A DNA stretch of 64,000 nt, from the NCBI GenBank assembly GCA_965200025.1, contig OZ241325.1, forward strand, positions 1,178,743 to 1,242,742. Direction: 5' to 3'. The translations under genes and the position numbers were made by a program. A model generated the notes under the pieces. That model saw nothing but the letters and a program-made list of their open reading frames with translations. It had not been told where the DNA came from and did no database searches. This document shows positions 51,230-60,688 of this stretch, piece after piece. This DNA comes from Bdellovibrionales bacterium (GTDB lineage Bacteria > Bdellovibrionota > Bdellovibrionia > Bdellovibrionales > UBA1609). Every line of letters begins with the position of its first letter. Within the stretch, counting starts at the first letter, position 1.

Positions 51230-54200
51230 TTAGGAATGTCCGTCCGCACTTTCACCATCACCTCCATGCGGATCTTCTTTGTGCAACTCATCACCCTGGC
51301 CTTGCTCCATTAAGGGATTTCTCACTTTCACTGTGTAGCGTACCGCCGGTTGAGTGTTTAGCTCCTCAAGCAAAGAATAAGCATCCTCCCGCTTAAAATG
51401 CCTGGACACCCGGGAATGAGGATCCTTTAAATCTCCAAAAATAATAGCCCCCGCAGGGCATGACTGCTGACAGGCCGTCTGCACATCCCCGTCCTTTAAA
51501 GGCCTGCCATCCAGCTTGGCTTCAGCCTGTGCCGCCCTAATCCGGTGCAAACAAAAAGTGCATTTTTCCATAACCCCACGAGACCTCACAGTCACCTCCG
51601 GGTTTAAAGCCATATTCAGGGGAGGTTTTATGTTTTTTTCATAATTAAACCAGTTAAACCTTCTCACCTTGTAAGGGCAATTGTTGGCACAATAACGGGT
51701 TCCCACACAACGATTGTAAATCATATCGTTGGTACCCTCATCACTATGAACAGTCGCCACCACCGGGCAAACCGTCTCACAAGGAGCATTGTCACAGTGC
51801 TGACACACCACCGGCTGGTGCACTGTTTTGGGAGAAGTGGGAGAACCTTTGTAGTATCTGTCAATTCGCATCCAGTGCATCTCCCTGCCCTGTAACACCA
51901 AATCCTTACCCACAGTGGGGGTGTTGTTTTCTGACTGGCAGGCCGTTACACAGGCCGAACAACCCGTACAGGAGTTTAAATCAATCACCATGGCCCACTT
52001 GTGTTTGGGGTACTTATGCTCAGACCACAAACTGAACATTTTATGCCTGTGAATGGCCCCTCCAGGGTTTTTTAAATACTGCTTTAAAGTGGTTTCCACC
52101 ACAATTTGCCTGCCCTCCATGGAATGATGCCCCTGCACCGAAGCCAAAGGAACTGTCTCCCCAGTGGCCTTCATGGTTACAGGCAGTGCGGAAAACACCA
52201 TAAAACCCTCCTTTGACACCTCTGCCAAAGCAAAAGCATTAACCCCCACATGAGAGGCCACTTCACCAGCCCCCCGGCCCCTTCCATATCCCATAGCCAA
52301 AGCCACAACCCCCTCAGCCTGACCCGGCTGAATATGCACAGGCACTTTCACCGATGTGTTGTTTTTCCCCTGAAGGGTAACTATCTGCCCCTCTTTCAAA
52401 CTTAAAGCCTGTGCCTCTTTGGGAGAAAGGCACACATAGTTGTCCCAGCAAATCTTTGTGACCGGATCGGGAAACTCCTGAAGCCAGGACACATTGGCCA
52501 AAGTGCCATCCTTAAGTCCACTGGTGGGGTAAACAATCATTTCATACTCCCCCGCCCTCATTTTTTGAGAAAGAGGCTGTTGAATATGAGACAAAACATG
52601 AGGCTTTAAGGAGCGTACAGGCTTTAAGGATTCACTGTCTTTTACATTCCGCTTTATTACCCCCGTTTGAAGAAGGTGGTGCCACTCCTGCACCCCATAC
52701 CTCTTTTTTAAGTACGCATACCAGGAGGAGGACTGATTTAAAAAAGAGGTTTTTTTGCCCCCCCCCGCCCATTGAACAAGAGCCTCTTCAAAAGCCCTGC
52801 TTTTGTAAAGAGGACGAATGGTGGGCTGAGAAATACTCACAACACCTTTTTGAAACTCCCAGTCCTGCCATTTTTCCAAAGGATGATGATCAGGCAAAAT
52901 GTAATGAGCAAACCTGCCTGTCTCATCCTCCCTGTCGCCTGTATAAACCACCAGCCGGGCCTTTCTTAAAGCCTCTGTGAGCCGCTTTGTGTCCGGATAA
53001 GAATAAAGAGGGTTGCTCTTGTGAATAATCACTGTGTCGATTTTGTTGTTTTCCAAATCAGAAAGAAAACTCTCTATACCCGGGCCTTCGTGCATGTCTG
53101 TCAGATAAGGATGTGTGTAGTCTTTGGTCCACCCGTCATTTTGGAGCAAAAAATTAAGCCACTCCACAGCCACATAAAGGCTTTTCATCTGAGAGCTTTG
53201 TGAGCCCGCCCCTCCTGCCAACACCAGACTTTGCCCCCTGTGATTCCATAAATCCTCCACCAGTTTGTCCCAAAGGGAAGGTGCGATTGAAAACTTTTCC
53301 CATGGACGGGTGGCAGGTCTTGCCAAATGAGAGGGCCAGGGATACTTTAAACGGGCCTTGCTTATCAGAGAGGATATTAAAGCCAAAACCAAATCCAGCT
53401 GCTGGGAAGGTTTAATCCTTATTCTTACATCTGCATTGGTACCAGTTAAAGACAAAAGAGATTCAAAAACCACCAAACGGTTTTGGTTTTGATGGATTTT
53501 TTTTGCCTGACTGTACATACGGTTAAAATCTGTGGGGTAAAGCCAGGTTCCCAAAAAATCACAGTTTATGGAAAGCACCAGCCGGGCCCGGTCTATCCGG
53601 TACCTGGGAATCTGAGCTGCTTTTCCATAGCAAAGCTTTTGAGCCTGAAGCAAAGCCCTGTGACTTAAGGGGTGAAACACATAATGGGAACAGGAAAAAG
53701 CCCTGCAAAAATCCCTCATAAGGCGGTGAGAGGTGGGGGAAGGCTCAGAGCCTGTCAAAAAAGCCACTTTGCCTTTTTTGAGGTGTTGGACAATTACAGA
53801 GTCGGCCTCTTCATAAGAGGCACGGATGGATTCTTTATTGGTTTTATCCTTGTTAAACAGATTTTGGCGGGGGTGTTTAAGCCTTTCCGGATCGTAAAGA
53901 GAAAGCAGATGAGAATGTGCCCTGGCAGACAAAGCCCCCTGGTTTAAGGGATGGTTTTTGTTGCCTTCAATTTTAATGGGCCTCCCTTCACGGGTTTTTA
54001 CCAAAATACCAAAACCCTCCTCCCCATCATAATAAGAGGAAGAGTAAAACTGAGCCTTCCCCAAAGGGGTGTCGTCTGGTCTTTTCACATAAGGAACAAT
54101 TTTTTCTGTGGGTCTTCGGACACAACCAAAAGTGGCCAAAGCCACCGAAGCCCCCATAAGTTTTAAAAACTCTCTCCTGTGCCAGCCCTCCTGCTCCGCC

Positions 54201-54304
54201 TCTGAAGGCAAAGGGGAGGAAAACTCACCACTCGCAAGCTTTTTAAAATTCCCGTCCTGTTTCCAGTCCTCAAGACTCATCCAATATTTTTCAGTTTTTT
54301 TCAT
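51230..54304 (-). CDS. actB: ActB-like molybdopterin-oxidoreductase-fold / 4Fe-4S fusion subunit (alternative complex III type)
   Basis: 1024 aa. Tat signal HRREFLKLMGASVALATFG. Large MopB-like N-terminal part fused to ferredoxin-like clusters (CTGCSACVTAC, CQHCDNAPCETVCP, CVGTRYCANNCP, CTFC). Confidence 0.8.
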   Translation of the reverse strand: MKKTEKYWMSLEDWKQDGNFKKLASGEFSSPLPSEAEQEGWHRREFLKLMGASVALATFGCVRRPTEKIVPYVKRPDDTPLGKAQFYSSSYYDGEEGFGILVKTREGRPIKIEGNKNHPLNQGALSARAHSHLLSLYDPERLKHPRQNLFNKDKTNKESIRASYEEADSVIVQHLKKGKVAFLTGSEPSPTSHRLMRDFCRAFSCSHYVFHPLSHRALLQAQKLCYGKAAQIPRYRIDRARLVLSINCDFLGTWLYPTDFNRMYSQAKKIHQNQNRLVVFESLLSLTGTNADVRIRIKPSQQLDLVLALISSLISKARLKYPWPSHLARPATRPWEKFSIAPSLWDKLVEDLWNHRGQSLVLAGGAGSQSSQMKSLYVAVEWLNFLLQNDGWTKDYTHPYLTDMHEGPGIESFLSDLENNKIDTVIIHKSNPLYSYPDTKRLTEALRKARLVVYTGDREDETGRFAHYILPDHHPLEKWQDWEFQKGVVSISQPTIRPLYKSRAFEEALVQWAGGGKKTSFLNQSSSWYAYLKKRYGVQEWHHLLQTGVIKRNVKDSESLKPVRSLKPHVLSHIQQPLSQKMRAGEYEMIVYPTSGLKDGTLANVSWLQEFPDPVTKICWDNYVCLSPKEAQALSLKEGQIVTLQGKNNTSVKVPVHIQPGQAEGVVALAMGYGRGRGAGEVASHVGVNAFALAEVSKEGFMVFSALPVTMKATGETVPLASVQGHHSMEGRQIVVETTLKQYLKNPGGAIHRHKMFSLWSEHKYPKHKWAMVIDLNSCTGCSACVTACQSENNTPTVGKDLVLQGREMHWMRIDRYYKGSPTSPKTVHQPVVCQHCDNAPCETVCPVVATVHSDEGTNDMIYNRCVGTRYCANNCPYKVRRFNWFNYEKNIKPPLNMALNPEVTVRSRGVMEKCTFCLHRIRAAQAEAKLDGRPLKDGDVQTACQQSCPAGAIIFGDLKDPHSRVSRHFKREDAYSLLEELNTQPAVRYTVKVRNPLMEQGQGDELHKEDPHGGDGESADGHS

Positions 54305-54326
54305 CCCTGCTTAAACTCCTTATTGT

Positions 54327-54914
54327 TTAATAATGGCATGTGCTACAGTTTAAAGGAGCTTTATGCTCCTCTTTTCTGTGGCACTCCACACACCACCCCA
54401 TGGAAAGGGATTCTTTTTGGTACATCACCTCCATGTTTTCCACCCGCCCGTGGCAAGTGGTGCAAGCCGCCCTTATCTCCTCACCAGCCGGGGGCAGCTC
54501 GCCCTCCACAAACCCGGTGAGAGCCTTAATGTGCAGGGCATGGTTAAATTTTACAAAATCCGGCATCAGATGCACCTTCTCCCACATAAGAGGCTGGCCC
54601 TTTTCATAAGCCGTTCTCACTTTTTTAATATGAGGGCTGTTGACCTTAACAGTTAAGTGGCAGTTCATACAAATATTCAGGCTGGGAACAGTGGCCATAC
54701 GCCCTGTTTCCACCTCTGTGTGGCAGTACCTGCAATCCATACCATACTCCCCCACATGCAGCTTATGGGAAAAAGGCACCGGCTGCTCCGGCTGGTAACC
54801 TGTGTTGTAGGCCACACTCACACGATTGGTGGAAATCAAATACACAAAAACACTGAGGCTTAAAAAAGCAAAACCAAAAAATACAGCAGCGGATTTTTTA
54901 ACACGGCGATTCAT
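54327..54914 (-). CDS. actA: Membrane-anchored pentahaem cytochrome c (ActA-like)
   Basis: 195 aa with an N-terminal TM helix. Five CxxCH motifs: CRYCH, CMNCH, CTTCH, CVECH, CSTCH. Confidence 0.8.
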   Translation of the reverse strand: MNRRVKKSAAVFFGFAFLSLSVFVYLISTNRVSVAYNTGYQPEQPVPFSHKLHVGEYGMDCRYCHTEVETGRMATVPSLNICMNCHLTVKVNSPHIKKVRTAYEKGQPLMWEKVHLMPDFVKFNHALHIKALTGFVEGELPPAGEEIRAACTTCHGRVENMEVMYQKESLSMGWCVECHRKEEHKAPLNCSTCHY

Positions 54915-55601
54915 TTTTTACCTTCTGTTTTAAAAACAAAAAACCTTCTTCCCAGGCAGACACTCCCTTGCCTTACAATCCACACTCTGTAAAAGTTTTT
55001 CACCCACGGGAAAAAAATTGCTTTTTTGACCTGTGATTATAAAACACTTAAACAACGGGTGGCAAGAGGAGTTTTGAAGCAGGAAGGCCAAAACAGCAGT
55101 GCGTTAGATTGGTTGTTTTACCCCATTGCAGCAGGCCCACCACTTGCGGAAATGGACAACAGGTTTGCGATGCTTCTTTATATGCTCTAATCAGCCAAGC
55201 CCTTCACCACAGCCTGCCCCACAGACACCACAACCTTCTCAACAATTAGCCACACCGGCTGAGTGTCCTCCAGGTTAAGGATCACTTTCCCTGGACACCA
55301 GGGAAGTGTGTCCCCCGGGGGGCCAGGGTTAAGCCTTACTTCCCATTCTCTTTCAAGTGGCCATTCAGTCTCTTGTAAAAGTGAAAAGAGACAAAGATTC
55401 TCATTATTTTGACCACCCCATGAACGGGTTTCAGGTACAGGATGGCCTTTTTATCCAATTCTTGCAAAAAAAAAAGAGCCGGGGGCAGCAACTCGGTCAC
55501 GGGGGGTCTTAACTCTGAGGGACTCCCCCATCTTTTATTTGAAACCACCAAGACTTTGACCGATAATACTGTATAGTTAACTTTAACCAAAGGAATTTAA
55601 A

Positions 55602-56198
55602 ATGAAGTTTTTTATATTTGTTGTTTTTCTTAGTCACTGCTTTGTTTATGGGCAGACAGTGGTGCCGGTGTGTGAGCGAACCTCGCAGATAAGAGATGCG
55701 ATTGTGGAGAAGCTTCAGCCCATAGATTCCAACATGAACTGTACTTTGGCAGATGAGTTTTTAGATCAGATACAATTTTTGTATTTAAAAAACAATGGTA
55801 TAAAATCGTTGAAGGTGGGGGACTTTTCAGGACTCAGCTCCCTTAAAGAACTTGGTCTGTCTGATACCAGCTTAAGATCTTTGCCTGTTGGGATATTTTC
55901 CGGGCTGCACTCTCTTGTTAATCTTTTTCTGAGCAATAATCCCAAACTAAGTGTCTTGCCTGTTGGAGCGTTTTCCGGGCTTGACTATCTTATTACTCTT
56001 GCTCTGCATAATACCAACTTAAGTGTTTTACCTGTTGGGGTGTTCTCGGGACCTGACCGTATTGATACTCTTTTGCTAACAGGCAGTTCGTTTTCACAAC
56101 CTGAAAGAGATCGCTTAAAAAAAGAGCTGCCATGGACTGAGATTGGTTACTGTACAAGACGACACCGCTCCTGTGAATGGGAAAGCGGTACTTTTTGA
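55602..56198 (+). CDS. Secreted LRR protein
   Basis: 198 aa. Cap VCERTSQIRDAIVEKLQPIDSNMNCTLADEFLDQI. LRRs with LPVG(I/A/V)FSG. Confidence 0.85.
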   Translation: MKFFIFVVFLSHCFVYGQTVVPVCERTSQIRDAIVEKLQPIDSNMNCTLADEFLDQIQFLYLKNNGIKSLKVGDFSGLSSLKELGLSDTSLRSLPVGIFSGLHSLVNLFLSNNPKLSVLPVGAFSGLDYLITLALHNTNLSVLPVGVFSGPDRIDTLLLTGSSFSQPERDRLKKELPWTEIGYCTRRHRSCEWESGTF

Positions 56199-56261
56199 AA
56201 GCATCGTCAAATAAAAAAAGAAACTTACAAAGCTTCAATACGCAGAAATGTTTTTAAGAAT

Positions 56262-58193
56262 CTATAGCTTTTTTGTATGAAGCAGCCAGGCCAACCCGAC
56301 ATATATCAGGTGAGCCACAACAAAAGCAGACACATACTCCACACCTCCGGCACCAAAGCCATAAGAATGAAGCCCCTGCCCCAACACATAATTTACTCCA
56401 TACCAGGCCATAAGAACCAAAAAAAACACCAACACAGACCCTACAGCCAGTCCAAACTCCTTAAGCCACCCGGCAAGCCTCCCATGCAAAAGGGCTATAT
56501 AACCCAGAAGAGTGATTAAAGCCCAGGTTTCCTTGGGATCCCATCCCCAAAACCTTCCCCAGGAGTAATCTGCCCACACCCCTCCCAAAACCGTACCTGC
56601 TGCCAAAAGCACCACTCCCACCTGAATACACCGGTCAATAGATCGAATGTAAAACGGCACACTGGCTCTCCCCCTGGATGTCATAAAGAAAAACAAAAGC
56701 ACATCCCCCAAAACAAAAGCCAAAAAGAAGGCGGCATAACTCATGGTAATAACCAGAACATGAGTGGAAAGCCAAAAATTGGATCTTAAAACAGCCTCCA
56801 AAGGCTGAAGGCTTTTGTCCAAAAGATGAGAGGGGGTGCTGTCGGCCAAAAGCAGACAAAACAGGGCCAACAGACAGGCACAGATGATGGCTGCAAAAAA
56901 CTTTTGAAAACGCCAAAGCAAAGCTCCCATAATAACAGAAACCCATGGGACCCATATCAGGGTTTCGTACATGTTTGTGACCGGTGGCCGCCCCATAACC
57001 CACGACCTCAAAAGCATACCATAGCCATGCAATAAAAAAGCCCCACTTAAGGACAGTACGGAAGACCAAACATAAATACTCTTCACCCATCTGTTTTGCG
57101 TGGACCATCTTTTTATCACAGGTACAAAAAACAACAATACAACCAAAAGCCCCAGCAGATACAAAACCCAGGCCTTGCGAAAAGGGTTAAGATTTTGGTA
57201 ATGAGCCTCCACCTTCACTTTAACAAGATGTTTTTTATATTCAGAATTTTTACCTTTTACAAAGTTTTGAAAATTTTCAACGGCCTGAGACAGGTTTTTT
57301 TCAGAAGAAACCAAAGGAGTGTTTTTTACCTCTGTTTGATTTTTATCCTGAAGCAAGGGGTGAGGTTTTACGGAAGACCTGCCAGTTAAAGGGGGAGGCT
57401 TTAAAGCTCCCTCTTTTTGATTTAAAGACTGCTTTTCCAAAACCCTGATGTAGGCAAAGATTATGCGGCTTAAGGCTTTACGGGCCTGCTGAAGATAGGG
57501 ATCGGGTTTTTTTGAAAGAGCAACATGTTGAGCCAGCCCGGTTAAAGACCACCACAGGTTGTTGTGCACCAAAGAGGATGGTGTTGGCAGGGCAAGGTTT
57601 TTTTCAGAAACAGAACTCTTGTCAGAAGACTTCTGCTTTTGCCCTGAGGAAGCCAAAGGGGGAAGCAGCCCCGGCAGATGCCCCCGGGCCACTGCCTGAA
57701 AAAGTGTCAACCGGTTTTGCAGTCGGTTTAAGGATTTAAAATAAGAATTTAAAGACACCTTGTTTTGTGTTTTAGTTTTAAGTTTTTGAAGCTCCTGAAC
57801 CAAAGAGGGATGGTTTAAAAGCTGGTCAGGGGAAAACAGGTTTTGCTTTAAATTCAGATTTAATTTTTGTTTTAAACCGGCTTCAGGAATCACCACAAAG
57901 CTTTGTTTTCCCCAAAACTCAGGAATCAATATCCAGGACAACACAATATCCCGGGCCGGCTGCCCGTAAAAATATTTTTTTCCGTAAATAAAATAAAGAC
58001 TTTCCTGTGCAAAAACCCCAAAAGGCTGTACCCTCCCTCCATATTGAACAGGAAGAGCGCTGAGGCTGTCTGTTTTTTTGTCTTTGTCAAAGATGCCACA
58101 ACCGGTACAACACAAAGCCAAAAAAAACACCACTCCTGAAAAACACCACAACCGGGGCAGTTTTTCTGAAGTTTGATTTTTTATCAGTAACAT
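56262..58193 (-). CDS. ccsA: System II cytochrome c biogenesis protein, CcsA/ResC family with a long N-terminal extension
   Basis: 643 aa. Trp-rich haem-handling motif WADYSWGRFWGWDPKETWAL and multiple TM helices in the C-terminal half. Confidence 0.8.
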   Translation of the reverse strand: MLLIKNQTSEKLPRLWCFSGVVFFLALCCTGCGIFDKDKKTDSLSALPVQYGGRVQPFGVFAQESLYFIYGKKYFYGQPARDIVLSWILIPEFWGKQSFVVIPEAGLKQKLNLNLKQNLFSPDQLLNHPSLVQELQKLKTKTQNKVSLNSYFKSLNRLQNRLTLFQAVARGHLPGLLPPLASSGQKQKSSDKSSVSEKNLALPTPSSLVHNNLWWSLTGLAQHVALSKKPDPYLQQARKALSRIIFAYIRVLEKQSLNQKEGALKPPPLTGRSSVKPHPLLQDKNQTEVKNTPLVSSEKNLSQAVENFQNFVKGKNSEYKKHLVKVKVEAHYQNLNPFRKAWVLYLLGLLVVLLFFVPVIKRWSTQNRWVKSIYVWSSVLSLSGAFLLHGYGMLLRSWVMGRPPVTNMYETLIWVPWVSVIMGALLWRFQKFFAAIICACLLALFCLLLADSTPSHLLDKSLQPLEAVLRSNFWLSTHVLVITMSYAAFFLAFVLGDVLLFFFMTSRGRASVPFYIRSIDRCIQVGVVLLAAGTVLGGVWADYSWGRFWGWDPKETWALITLLGYIALLHGRLAGWLKEFGLAVGSVLVFFLVLMAWYGVNYVLGQGLHSYGFGAGGVEYVSAFVVAHLIYVGLAWLLHTKKL

Positions 58194-58326
58194 AAAAAAA
58201 CACTCCTGCTTTCTTTTACATCTTTTATAGTAACCCCTTTTTGAGGGTCAAGAACAAAAATGATTGACAAATTTCAAAAAACCCTTCATAATCCCCCCTG
58301 AAAACCTTCATCAGGGAGTATTTTAT

Positions 58327-59043
58327 ATGCCACAAATGTCTTCAAAACTTCAAAACAGCCCTTTTAAAAACGAAATTGCAGAAGTCTGGAAGCTTTTTAA
58401 GGAAGCACGTCTTCAAATGCAGGAGGAAAGACGGGAGGCCAAACGCCAAAGACAGGAAGAACAAAAAGAGGCCAAACGCCAAAGACAGGAAGAACAAAAA
58501 GAAAGCAAAGCAAGAAAGAAGGAAATAGACTGTTTAATGAAGGATAATGCCATTGAAATGAAGAAGATTCAACAGTCTTTAAAAGAAGCCAAAGAGCTTT
58601 TTACCGGGCAGTGGGGGGCTTTGATTGAAAGTCTGGTGGAGGGCCGCCTTTTAAACCTGCTTCAAAAAAGGGGGATTGATGTACAAAGAACGGCTCAAAG
58701 GGAAGAGGGTTTAATGGTGTATAAGAACAAAAAAGGTCAAAGGTGCGAAAAGAGGTGTGAGATCGATATTACGGCAAAAAATGGTACGGATGTGGTGGCC
58801 GTGGAGGTAAAAACCACTTTAACAGCAAGGGGTGTAAAGAGGTTTTTGGAAGTTTTAAAGGAGCTTAAGAGGTACTTTCCTGAATTTAAGGGGAAAAAGG
58901 TATATGGAGCTTTAGCCTTTTTGAGACACAGGGGGGAGGCCTTAAACCTGTCAGAGGAGTCCGGTTTGTTTTTGATAAAAGCCACAGGGGACAGTGCCAG
59001 TATTATCAATAAAACTCATTTTAAACCCAAGGTGTTCTCTTAA
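58327..59043 (+). CDS. Coiled-coil + PD-(D/E)XK-like protein (DUF3782-like)
   Basis: The ATG at 58327 (MPQMSSKLQ) follows GGGAG. K/E/Q-rich coiled coil with a perfect 33-bp tandem duplication. C-terminal EIDITAKNGTDVVAVEVKT (D..E-x-K). Confidence 0.45.
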   Translation: MPQMSSKLQNSPFKNEIAEVWKLFKEARLQMQEERREAKRQRQEEQKEAKRQRQEEQKESKARKKEIDCLMKDNAIEMKKIQQSLKEAKELFTGQWGALIESLVEGRLLNLLQKRGIDVQRTAQREEGLMVYKNKKGQRCEKRCEIDITAKNGTDVVAVEVKTTLTARGVKRFLEVLKELKRYFPEFKGKKVYGALAFLRHRGEALNLSEESGLFLIKATGDSASIINKTHFKPKVFS

Positions 59044-59070
59044 AAATTAAGAAGTCAGGCTTAAAAAGTT

Positions 59071-60492
59071 TTACATAAAAAAACTTTTGATGTACTCCAC
59101 AGAGGTATCCAAATCGTTGGGGTTTGCCCCTTTGTCCAACAGCAACTCCACCACGGCAGTATAACCGGCCTGGCTGGCTTTGTTTAAAGCGGTCTTACCA
59201 TTTGTGTCTTTTGTGTTGGGATCTGCACCGTACTCCAGAAGAAGCTTTGCAGTTTCTGTATGTCCGTTGCGGCTGGCCTGCATTAAAGCATTTTCCCCGT
59301 CTGGCCGGGGGGTGTGAATATCTGCTCCCACCTCCAGTAACAGCTTTGCAACTTCCGTATGTCCTTTGCGACTGGCCCATAAGAGGCTGTTCCACCCGTC
59401 TTTGTCAGCAGCCTGGAAGTTGGCTTTGTTTTCCAGTAAAAGTTGAACAATCTCTTTATCCCCCTGCAGACTGGCCCACATTAAAGCGGTTTCCTGATGA
59501 GAGTTTTGCACATTGGGATCGGCCCCCTGATTTAAAAAAAGCTCCACCATATCTTTGTGACTGTGCTGCACAGCCTGCATAAAAGCGTTGCTGTCTCCAT
59601 ACATGTTTGTTGCCATGGGATCCCCACCTGCCTTTAAAAGCAGCTTTGCAATTTCTGTATGACCATATATGCTGGCATACATTAAAGCATCAGGAGCCTG
59701 GGATTTATAAGGATCTTCCGGTAAAAATTTACGCTGCTCTCTGGGATAGGCAGGAGGGTTAAACTGGCTGGTGTTAAACACCTGTGAATCGGCACCGTGC
59801 TGCAGGAGCAGCTTAACAACTTCTGTATGTCCGTTGCGGCTGGCCTGCATTACAGCCGTGGGGGCCATTTTGCCACGGGGTTTGTTGGGGTCTGCCCCCC
59901 ATGTAAGAAGCAGCCTTACAATGTCTGTATAGCCATCTCTGCTGGCATGAGATAAAGCCGTTTCACCATTATGATCAGACAGATTGGGATTGGCCCCTCC
60001 TTTTTCAAGAAGAATCCGAAGAGATTCAGAGTCTTCCTGTCTGTATCTGATAAACTTCATTAAAGGGGTCCATCCATACCTGTCTGCAAGATTGGGATCC
60101 CCTCCCCCCTCTATAAGAAGCCTTACCATGGCTGCTGTGTTTTTACTCCACATCAGGGCAGTTTGCCCCTCAGTGTCCTGTTGGTTGGGATTGGCCCCGT
60201 ATTCCAAAAGCAGCTTTGCCATTTTTGTATTGCCATCCAGGCTGGCCCACATTAAAGCAGTGCTGCCCCGGGCAGTGGACACATTAGGATCCCCCTTTGC
60301 AGCCAAAATCTTTTTTACAGATGAAGTATTGTTTTCTGTCACAAACTCAATAAGAGGGGGAAACTTATTGACAGGAGTCGCTTCTCGCTCCGAAACACTT
60401 AAATAAGGCATAAATACCTCCCCCAAACCATCTTCGTGGTATTGAGCCATGCCAGGGAAGCAAAAACTAAAAATAAAGAAAAACCATCTCAT
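59071..60492 (-). CDS. Secreted ankyrin-repeat protein
   Basis: 473 aa. Signal MRWFFFIFSFCFPGMAQ. About 11 tandem 33-aa ANK repeats (G.TALM.AS.NGHTE.VKLLLE.GADPN). Confidence 0.9.
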   Translation of the reverse strand: MRWFFFIFSFCFPGMAQYHEDGLGEVFMPYLSVSEREATPVNKFPPLIEFVTENNTSSVKKILAAKGDPNVSTARGSTALMWASLDGNTKMAKLLLEYGANPNQQDTEGQTALMWSKNTAAMVRLLIEGGGDPNLADRYGWTPLMKFIRYRQEDSESLRILLEKGGANPNLSDHNGETALSHASRDGYTDIVRLLLTWGADPNKPRGKMAPTAVMQASRNGHTEVVKLLLQHGADSQVFNTSQFNPPAYPREQRKFLPEDPYKSQAPDALMYASIYGHTEIAKLLLKAGGDPMATNMYGDSNAFMQAVQHSHKDMVELFLNQGADPNVQNSHQETALMWASLQGDKEIVQLLLENKANFQAADKDGWNSLLWASRKGHTEVAKLLLEVGADIHTPRPDGENALMQASRNGHTETAKLLLEYGADPNTKDTNGKTALNKASQAGYTAVVELLLDKGANPNDLDTSVEYIKSFFM

Positions 60493-60688
60493 AATTTTAA
60501 TCCTCTATATTGTGATTCAAAACACCTTGGGGGAGTCCTCAAAACCTCCAATTAAAGAGGTCACTTTCCCAAAGTTTCCAAATCGTATTTTTATTCTTAC
60601 CTCATAATGGGTCAAAAAACAATCTTTGAGGGAAAATTGTTCGTGACCCCCAAAAAGTGGCTACTTTTCTCTAAAGGAGGGAGTAGCG

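Noticed and set aside
55060-55590. The 84-aa ORF 55336-55590(-) and an adjacent open frame (..GKVILNLEDTQPVWLIVEKVV..) as a possible gene or pseudogene
   Set aside because: There is no recognisable family and no start or SD context, and the frames are discontinuous. It may be a decayed gene remnant, but this cannot be supported.
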